Notes under the pieces: model-generated
The model's database searches: none
What the model was told of the DNA's origin: nothing
The model's input: the letters and a program-made list of their open reading frames with translations, nothing else
Program-made: the position numbers and the translations under genes
Shown here: in pieces, positions 58,901 to 64,000 of the stretch
Layout: each line of letters starts with the position of its first letter
Position numbering within the stretch: the stretch's first letter is position 1
IMG/VR virus record: IMGVR_UViG_3300009605_004544
Coordinates: 32,001-96,000 of that record
DNA length: 64,000 bases
Direction: 5' to 3' (one strand)
From: a virus

Positions 58901-61900
58901 TCAATAAGTACGGCTTGAGCTTCTACGCTACTGACATCGGGATCAATAGTTTGCATATCAGCTAATGTATTAAGAGTGTCCATGTCTCCAAGCTGAGCCA
59001 AATCAGTGGTGAATTGGTCAATGATTCTCCCAAACTGTTCCTCGATTTTCTTTATGTCGTCGTCGCTAATTTGATCAGCGGCATTCTTGATTGCCTCGCC
59101 AAAGATCAGAAACTTACCTATATTAATATTCTTCTCTATGCGATCAAACGACCCCGCAAGATTCCCAAGCAATCCTCCAATTATAGGTAGCTTTGTTATG
59201 AAAAGATCAACACCATTGAGCAAGCTTGAGAATATCCCTTCGCTACCTATTTGGGAAAGCTGTTCGCTAAAGGCGTCTACTGACTGAGCGCCCGCTCCTG
59301 TAAAATCGCCACGAGCACCACCCCTAAGATCACCACTTAGTGCTCCTCTCAAGGTTGTTTCACCCTGCGCAACCGCCCCGACATCGGCCCCCATGAATAA
59401 CCCGTCAATCACGCTCAGGACGGTGTTGCCAATACCCAACCACGGGGCGATCAGGTTCGGCAGCGCCTTATTAACTGCGGTCTCAAACAAATTGCCTGCC
59501 GAGAATATCTGCTCCGTAAAGTTAGCTTTTATAGACTGCTCTATAAATTTAGCCGAGTCCGTAACGACTTCTTCTAGTTGGGTATTCACACCGCGTAGGT
59601 TTGCAGTACTCACTATACTTAGTTTAGAAAGGTTGTCGAAGGTTTTACTAAGTTTTTCAGCTGACTTCTGCAACGTAACAAGGGCATTGAATTCTAATTG
59701 ATTTTGGAATGCAACGAAGGCCTGCCCAAGCCCATAAAGTATGCCAATTACGGCCACAATAGCCCCTACCAATATAGCAATAGGTGCAGCAACTGCGAAC
59801 AGTGGCGAGAATGCTAATACCAAACCAATGCCTAAGCCTGCAATAATGGCTATCAATGAGTTAGCAGCGGCATCAACTCCAGCAAGCTGGGCCGCACCCT
59901 TTTCTCCTGTGCCACCTCTCCTGCCCTTGACTCCCGGTGCCAGTTCTTCTTCCTTGCCAAATACTGCATTTTTGAATGCGTCTGCCAAAGGTTTTATGAT
60001 AACTTTGCCAATGGCTGCTGCGATGAGTAGCGGCGTTAGAAGTGCAAACCCGGCTGTGATGACCGGCAACATTGCCGTTATCCCTGCCGATATCGATGTC
60101 AAGGCACCGGTTGCCCCGGCAACCGCCCCCGCACCACCTACCCCAGAGATGCCGATTTTGGCGCCGATTCCGGCGATGCCCCCACCGATTGCCGAAAGTC
60201 CTCCTCCTATCCCCTTAGCTGCCGCTCCACCTATGCCTGAAACCGCAGCTTTAAGGCTGGCAGCGGCTTCTAATAAGTCGGCAGAAGCCGCTGTTTTAGA
60301 AGCAAGAGCCTCTCCAGCATCGGAAGCTGCTGCGATTGTACTTTGACGGGCTGCCAAGGCGTTCGCAGCGGCGAGGGATGCAGAGGAAGACGCAGCTTGA
60401 ATCTCAGCAACAGTTCCGAATTCATCAGCGAGCGTGGCCGCAACTGTCGCATTAGTGGATGCTAGGTTCGCTATAATTTCAGCTTCTTCAGCCGCTGCGG
60501 ATGCTGCCGATGCCACAGCGTCAGCCTCAAGAAATGCAGTGTGGGCCGACAGCGCGGTCGCATCCGCTGCTGTAACACCCGTTAACCGACCGAACACTCC
60601 TGTCATTCCTCCAAGAGCAGGCCCCAAAGTGGTAATTGCAGCCGTTGCCGATTGAACTGCAAAACCTAAAGCTATAACAGAAGAAATCGTACCCTCTGCG
60701 CTGCTGAAGTCAAGGGTAGCAAAAGCCGCCGTTATTCCACCAATAGCTCCCACTGCATTGCCAAGCCCCGAAGCTATGTCTGCCCCGCTGGTAGCGGCCT
60801 CATCATTTGAGTCAGCAAGCTCTTCAGCGCTTTCAGCAGCTTCCGTACTAGACGTTGATACATCGTCCATGGCCTCGGCAGTGTCCTCGGTAGATTCTGC
60901 TAATTCCGCACCTGCTTCAGTAGCAAGAACCGCTGCCTCTGCAAGTGCTTGAAGAGCAGCGGCTGCATCGCTAGCACTTTGAGTTAACTCTCCAGTATCT
61001 GGTGGTGCCCCTCCGGGCGATTCAGCAACTTCAGAAAGGTCAGATCCGGTTGCATCAGCGCTCTTGCCTAAGTCCTTAAGATTTTTTGTAAGAGCGACGA
61101 GGTCTTTGTTTAAGTTCTTAGGGAATTTAAGCTCTGAAACAATTTTCGAAAACCTGTCCATCTCGTCAACGACCTTGACCAAACCGGCCGAGAGCGCCTC
61201 AACCTCTGCCGTGTCAGCAGCGGTGGGGCCTTCTACGGCCTCTACTTTCTTCTTCTCCTTGGGCTTCTCCTTGGGCTGTTCTTTAGGTGCTGCTGCCTCG
61301 GCGGATGCTTCAAAGCCCGCTAATATCTGGCTGAGCACATCGTTGCCTTCCTGAACTGCGCTCTCGACATTATCAATAGCAACGCCAAGGGGGCCACTCT
61401 TGGCAATCGCTACATCAAGCGTCACCGCATCTACAGATACTGCCGTCTCATTGACATCGCTGGTAGTAGCCTGTTGCGCAGGAGCAGCCGCTACCTCTTT
61501 CTCGGCAACCGACCCGGTGCCGCCCTGCAAACCGCCGATCTCAGTTTCAACATTATTTATGGCAGTAACAACTGCATCTAGACCGCCACCAATCTCTACA
61601 ACTCCTATTACTTCAACCATCCCTCCTGCGATAGTAACGGTCATGTTTCCCGCAGTACCACCGTCTTGTAAATATTGCGGTCCACCACCAACAATACCAC
61701 CACGAGCCATACGGTTCATTTTCTTTAGTTTGCCGTAGCCAATTGACTGAGCAGAGGATTTATTAATAACAAATTCACCGGGAGTAAGCATCGCGGGAAC
61801 GGTATCGGTTCCTCTGCGGGAGAAGATATTGCCACCAGCGGCCTTGTTTTGTGGCCTTATCCTTTCCAAGTTCCCCGCTCGCAAATCCTTCATCTTCTTT

Positions 61901-63999
61901 AGTGCTTGTTTGGCACTCGTTGGGGCCACGAGAATCCCCAACTGCCGCATCTTAGTCGGATTTCTTTCGATCTCTTTTCTTGACAGCGTGCCAACGACTG
62001 CCTGCACCGCACTGCCTACCTGCTTCTTGTTATTTAGGCTGATATCCCCGAGATTCAATTCCTTGCCAAGTTCCCTTCCCGCCGTCTCCGTCACCTCTTT
62101 GAATAAGTCCTGCGATATCTGACCGGCTATCTTACTCTCGAAGATGCCTGACTTCGTCGCCGCAGTGTTCGTGAGCTTTGCGTCAAGATATTTTAGTTTC
62201 TGGGCTTCTTGGTAGACATTCTTAAATTGTGGAATGCCGCTGGTGTAGTCAAACGGCGATCCACCGGCTATGTCTTCAACCGTGAAGACCTTATCAACTT
62301 GGCTGCCCTCTCCAGTAAAGCCTTTAATAACATCTTCAAATAATTGGCCCTTAAAGCCCTTATCAAACTTCTCGTAAAATGACTCGTCAACATCGTCTAG
62401 CCCCGTAAATCTACCACCAACGGTCGCCGCAATCGCGTCACCGGCTTTCGTTAGTGCTGCCTCTACGCCCAAGTTCAAAGCGCCCGCAAAAACTGCTTCT
62501 TGCTCGACAGTTCCAAGCCCTTCTATTATTGTGCCAAAGCTTCGCGACTTCCCCATCTTCTTCTCGACTACCTGCGATGCAATCTCACCAACTTGGTCAC
62601 CTAAGCTTTGTACCCCTCCTGATGTGTAATCAACCACATCTTTAACCGTTACGTTGACTTTACCTTTTTTAGCTTTTCGGCTCTTCTCGTCTTCCCCCTC
62701 CATTAATTTCGCAGTAATAATTCCTGCCGCTTGAGGATCTGTTTCTAGAATCCCCCCTCCTTTCGCATATCCCTTTGGAATTACATATTCTCCACCCTCT
62801 AATATAGCCGGAACGCCACCTCTGGCATGGGAAGGCCCCTTAACAGGACCACCCTTGGCAAACGGAATCGGACGACTTCCCCCTCCAGCCGAAAGACCCG
62901 CAATGACCTGAATCAATTGTTTTGAAATTAACTGTTGGCGGGTCAGAAGATCCCTCGTGGCCTTCGTGTTGGCATTCAGGGCGGTAACATTACCATTAAT
63001 AGCCGTTGCTAATGCCTGCCTACTAGCGCCCCCTCCTCCAGCACCACCAGCGCCTCCTCCTCCTCCTCCCGCCCCCGCTATCCTTTCTCCAAGACCTCCA
63101 GCCCCACCACCCTTTTTAAGACCACCAACGAAACCCTTTCCGAATTCAAATATCCCCTTCGAAATTTTAACCGCTGCTAAGGTGGCGATGAGGGGCAATA
63201 TAGGAGTAAGTGTTTCTGCCACGCTCAAGAAGGCATTCGCCAGAGAGAGTGCTACCTTGGCCAGCCCCTGAAACGTCTTGGAATCAGTGATTGTACGGAT
63301 AAGGGCACTGAATCGTTCCTGCAATAACTCAAGCTGTTTACCAAGAGGCTTCAAGCCTATTGTTACATCTTTTCCAAGACCTGCCTTTGCCGCTTCTCCA
63401 GCAATCTTGGTAGCCGCTAAGGCCTTATTGAAATTAGTAATGGCAGGAATCAGCTTGCCGACCTGACGAACACCGCCCAATTCTTCAGTAATCGCTGAAA
63501 GCGTAAGAGCGTCCCCACTCTTAACAATGTCATTTAAACCTCTTGCTAATTCTTGGAAAGCAGGGAAGAGTCCAATAAAGTTTCCCTTGGCGTCTACTAG
63601 CTCGATGTTAAACTGCTTTAGAAATTCAATCGTTCCGCGTCTTTGGATGCGGGTAAAAATTGTCCGCAAGCCTACTGCGATTGTCTCTGCGCTTTCACGA
63701 GTAGTAGATCTGACAGCGGTAAAGATACCGATTAATTCATTTAAGGACTGTTTTGGGTCGTCTAGGTTCTTAGCTGACGCTGAAAATACACCACCGGCAC
63801 GTCTAATAACAGAAATTAGATCTTCTGCCTCAACTGCAAAGCTCTTAGAAACAGCGTTAATACTGGCAAGGACTGCTTCTGAATCTTTAGCCGCAATATT
63901 AAATTGGGCTAAGGCCGCAATGAGGCCTTCTGCCGTATTAGTCATTTCTCCAAAAGAAGGAGCTAGGCTAGATCTGGCAACTGCACGTAAAGAGGACTT
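52966..63999 (-). CDS. Tail tape measure protein (5'-truncated; >3670 aa)
   Basis: Frame open to the window edge; TP901-type TMP core (AVSKSFAV..DL, ELIGIFTAVRSTTRESAETIAVGLRTIFTRI), Ala-rich helices, hydrophobic mid-segments, GG..PA.L..GE(F/Y)VI motifs. Confidence 0.9.
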   Translation of the reverse strand, partial: KSSLRAVARSSLAPSFGEMTNTAEGLIAALAQFNIAAKDSEAVLASINAVSKSFAVEAEDLISVIRRAGGVFSASAKNLDDPKQSLNELIGIFTAVRSTTRESAETIAVGLRTIFTRIQRRGTIEFLKQFNIELVDAKGNFIGLFPAFQELARGLNDIVKSGDALTLSAITEELGGVRQVGKLIPAITNFNKALAATKIAGEAAKAGLGKDVTIGLKPLGKQLELLQERFSALIRTITDSKTFQGLAKVALSLANAFLSVAETLTPILPLIATLAAVKISKGIFEFGKGFVGGLKKGGGAGGLGERIAGAGGGGGGAGGAGGGGASRQALATAINGNVTALNANTKATRDLLTRQQLISKQLIQVIAGLSAGGGSRPIPFAKGGPVKGPSHARGGVPAILEGGEYVIPKGYAKGGGILETDPQAAGIITAKLMEGEDEKSRKAKKGKVNVTVKDVVDYTSGGVQSLGDQVGEIASQVVEKKMGKSRSFGTIIEGLGTVEQEAVFAGALNLGVEAALTKAGDAIAATVGGRFTGLDDVDESFYEKFDKGFKGQLFEDVIKGFTGEGSQVDKVFTVEDIAGGSPFDYTSGIPQFKNVYQEAQKLKYLDAKLTNTAATKSGIFESKIAGQISQDLFKEVTETAGRELGKELNLGDISLNNKKQVGSAVQAVVGTLSRKEIERNPTKMRQLGILVAPTSAKQALKKMKDLRAGNLERIRPQNKAAGGNIFSRRGTDTVPAMLTPGEFVINKSSAQSIGYGKLKKMNRMARGGIVGGGPQYLQDGGTAGNMTVTIAGGMVEVIGVVEIGGGLDAVVTAINNVETEIGGLQGGTGSVAEKEVAAAPAQQATTSDVNETAVSVDAVTLDVAIAKSGPLGVAIDNVESAVQEGNDVLSQILAGFEASAEAAAPKEQPKEKPKEKKKVEAVEGPTAADTAEVEALSAGLVKVVDEMDRFSKIVSELKFPKNLNKDLVALTKNLKDLGKSADATGSDLSEVAESPGGAPPDTGELTQSASDAAAALQALAEAAVLATEAGAELAESTEDTAEAMDDVSTSSTEAAESAEELADSNDEAATSGADIASGLGNAVGAIGGITAAFATLDFSSAEGTISSVIALGFAVQSATAAITTLGPALGGMTGVFGRLTGVTAADATALSAHTAFLEADAVASAASAAAEEAEIIANLASTNATVAATLADEFGTVAEIQAASSSASLAAANALAARQSTIAAASDAGEALASKTAASADLLEAAASLKAAVSGIGGAAAKGIGGGLSAIGGGIAGIGAKIGISGVGGAGAVAGATGALTSISAGITAMLPVITAGFALLTPLLIAAAIGKVIIKPLADAFKNAVFGKEEELAPGVKGRRGGTGEKGAAQLAGVDAAANSLIAIIAGLGIGLVLAFSPLFAVAAPIAILVGAIVAVIGILYGLGQAFVAFQNQLEFNALVTLQKSAEKLSKTFDNLSKLSIVSTANLRGVNTQLEEVVTDSAKFIEQSIKANFTEQIFSAGNLFETAVNKALPNLIAPWLGIGNTVLSVIDGLFMGADVGAVAQGETTLRGALSGDLRGGARGDFTGAGAQSVDAFSEQLSQIGSEGIFSSLLNGVDLFITKLPIIGGLLGNLAGSFDRIEKNINIGKFLIFGEAIKNAADQISDDDIKKIEEQFGRIIDQFTTDLAQLGDMDTLNTLADMQTIDPDVSSVEAQAVLIDNAFADLSSTLTNVADPLGKFGKELDRFIGNLTQIKFLKDVANQITLLEKSGREAEAGKLAEVFVDLNAELAEAADGAAKIGILRDKIAELEKIVESGTKAQSDAAKGALRSIRAVEQQTVEMVAESAARARSTELLRQSTQALDALAAGLELFGGTLTGISDQVQTLAGQIQSEFDMITGEKLIGKLEEFNPFENVAAATDEQIDAGVSQLQSLGGKDEGDVAFKNLGDLAKAQSDLPRIMRDVLNDLKLGREPGETISNQDVRDAIIGKKATDKEAGSGLLGAGIELPPQAMEALVKALEGEAAQGRQGEGLVFSFDQLTNILEKTGKVTELLGQVSEIAAQQLSAAFSALNSFKNSLLDVARVQQKINKFRLESELGVLDKQESIRDRIDKALGRTPNAFKRATADLQKRLEILAKGGVQGGTALAGDVLDPNTLFNRLETLEQKRDAARQKLGLKPGQAALGGGGEGAVALTQEMRANSDELAKLNSEINGTEAALKELANDTRLLAAIEGKIHEQKARELASKSTVVSILDGLNKLQKGEITVQDFNKTITGPLDALERATADGGSVSFDEAVDLITRLQGGDKLLAGRIETKARGIAEARGLDPGDAGEVQKIKDELLNNLITSAGIRGVGMAEAGGLPGVGDILRQELNNILDAQTEQETLGTVMERIGNAQIGILEKQTARQNAQLQVVLQTAEEGFLRAAHDFQDAVAEFAAMRGGTSAQAAEDLARVRLEKQQKVTEQARTRVAGAEAEVQRMPTRTNKTELEAAKERLKIEEEIERRAANRLKRAQKLNESQKKQNKVRKKDEKEAKDKAKKDKDLIEGEEKKDGKAADDGKKKEKSRTSQEGRPAPREQREEAEAKRSDKSAAAEIGLGLCCTEITRRLDAIITVLGGELTTSPLDLRALALATGVDPSTLSQPDPNRAKGSFLTIFDDIQAQIDRVAKDGAESGKFGETGLRKNLTSSAFPEAGLLGEFLDKTLSDLEGQLTGKTDVEALGLLDKLIADLTKDISDITASETGESGKRDVRSKDPFVEKKKALEEVRKRIKAQQEAPQDPKAKQAAKTQARAGGILGAIQTSNDILKQILTCLCGGLLPETQALNTTTAEVVKKTEENKKATENIPKTTDEMKTPVPSEKKALKKEEGAREKIDRLKKESRAISDRVEAAEETGDQDEVTRIIVEEGIPKTLELIKAIQDSRKEGQVPPAKDPVPDPVPEERPSLRVTEPAHPRPSQERTLEEDRGFAYPPFHGPEGVLSETREGVTKSITQAEFDEDLPTSREFQDRLRKNNAGGMRPETEAEKAARLDRQGVRERGAADDASDSEKTRARSLRLRELLDEKFEGGTTRGTGAGADPELQGSIQSPATARMVSAALTLSSRREQTVGEERVLSGAAATGARAQARGRVGGAAFRPDVSTAALQKGADKKKRDQLREINKDRITTAREGDPFERAKAPGRAKALEPKDVGAGEFAIGPDDPVAKLKEFMNAGRVSSVKGIREFSESGGQTRVTRGQLDAQMQASRNEQQRLQDERDAKRKKNDADKKKAQDKREADAAARVAASGVGVAGGPGGAGAGGPGGAGAGAAGVAPAGPGGFPAGGMLGVLINIDKNIVKLVECCKAGGGGGGGGAGGGLANAAQQADLIKEQTDRKIAADQEKSAKTLEGLEDEKAKSAAKAERKFNTGLGIDASGDSSLVKRRKRFINKGQMKGRFNDEKALKNAIQRQESTKRIDENRLGGVNSRRPEFGFDEGGRPTGDTSLIEAGIEEDERQRAMGGRGLPAFRRYKEERVRKAQEEEMELIRAQEMHEKERAAKEQERLQTEGDRKRQAVLSAPAAGGGAGGGAGGGGGGAAAGGNIITQMQQGAESAGVIIAGHLERAATLFASGEQWAIAGEKFGQAALERLQATEISIRAQIGPISVTLTDNGLLEKLRTGLSSEIRDTVQEALNSRFNPDGTTIDPSLQTPFGPAGGLA
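54135..54182 (-). repeat. Exact 24-bp tandem duplication within the tape measure (GPGGAGAG x2)
   Basis: CACCTGCACCAGCACCTCCCGGTC at 54135-54158 and 54159-54182. Confidence 0.85.
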
Positions 64000-64000
64000 G

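Noticed and set aside
53045-63466. Many + strand ORFs opposite the tape measure, and similar antisense ORFs elsewhere
   Set aside because: Shadow ORFs from the codon bias of long genes; low-complexity translations with no motifs or RBS
1-64000. Stop-codon reassignment, or a cellular or eukaryotic-virus origin
   Set aside because: Conserved genes are full length in code 11 and all three stop codons are used; Shine-Dalgarno sites, sigma factor, tape measure and ATGA overlaps indicate a bacteriophage
1-64000. tRNA or structured ncRNA genes
   Set aside because: Intergenic gaps are at most about 80 nt and no cloverleaf/T-loop signature was recognised by eye; tRNAscan-SE and Infernal would be needed to exclude them formally

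Overview
A dense, almost gap-free 64-kb segment of a large (jumbo-type) tailed dsDNA bacteriophage genome in the standard genetic code. No tRNA, rRNA, CRISPR array, integrase or IS element was recognised. The + strand arm (1-40872) carries nucleotide metabolism (dUTPase, GMP reductase, dCMP deaminase, class II RNR, dNMP kinase), a ClpP protease and a possible lysis pair. It also carries recombination/replication genes (RecA, DnaB, primase, PD-(D/E)xK nucleases, Sak/Rad52-like protein), a DNA polymerase III alpha split into two genes around a DEDDh exonuclease with no intein, a sigma factor, and a nine-gene glycosyltransferase/nucleotidyltransferase cluster. The arm ends in an auxiliary block: VOC metalloenzyme, aldehyde dehydrogenase, small membrane protein, volactin-like actin homologue, class I fructose-bisphosphate aldolase and lysine-6/saccharopine dehydrogenase-like enzyme. 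The - strand arm (40869-64000) is a tail operon: a >3670-aa tape measure with an apparent embedded PD-(D/E)xK cargo domain, a 499-aa tail protein, a 2433-aa hub/fibre protein with Cys-rich repeats and a 35-Cys protein, ending in PhoH and an ornithine cyclodeaminase/alanine dehydrogenase-family enzyme. Best candidates for new biology: (1) a phage-encoded actin (volactin-like) module flanked by a membrane protein and aldolase; (2) a possible four-enzyme phage lysine catabolic pathway; (3) the intein-less split DnaE; (4) the tape-measure cargo domain; (5) the glycosylation island. All calls come from motif recognition by eye; no database searches were run. Several starts were moved from the ORF track to ATGs with an RBS or stop/start overlap.
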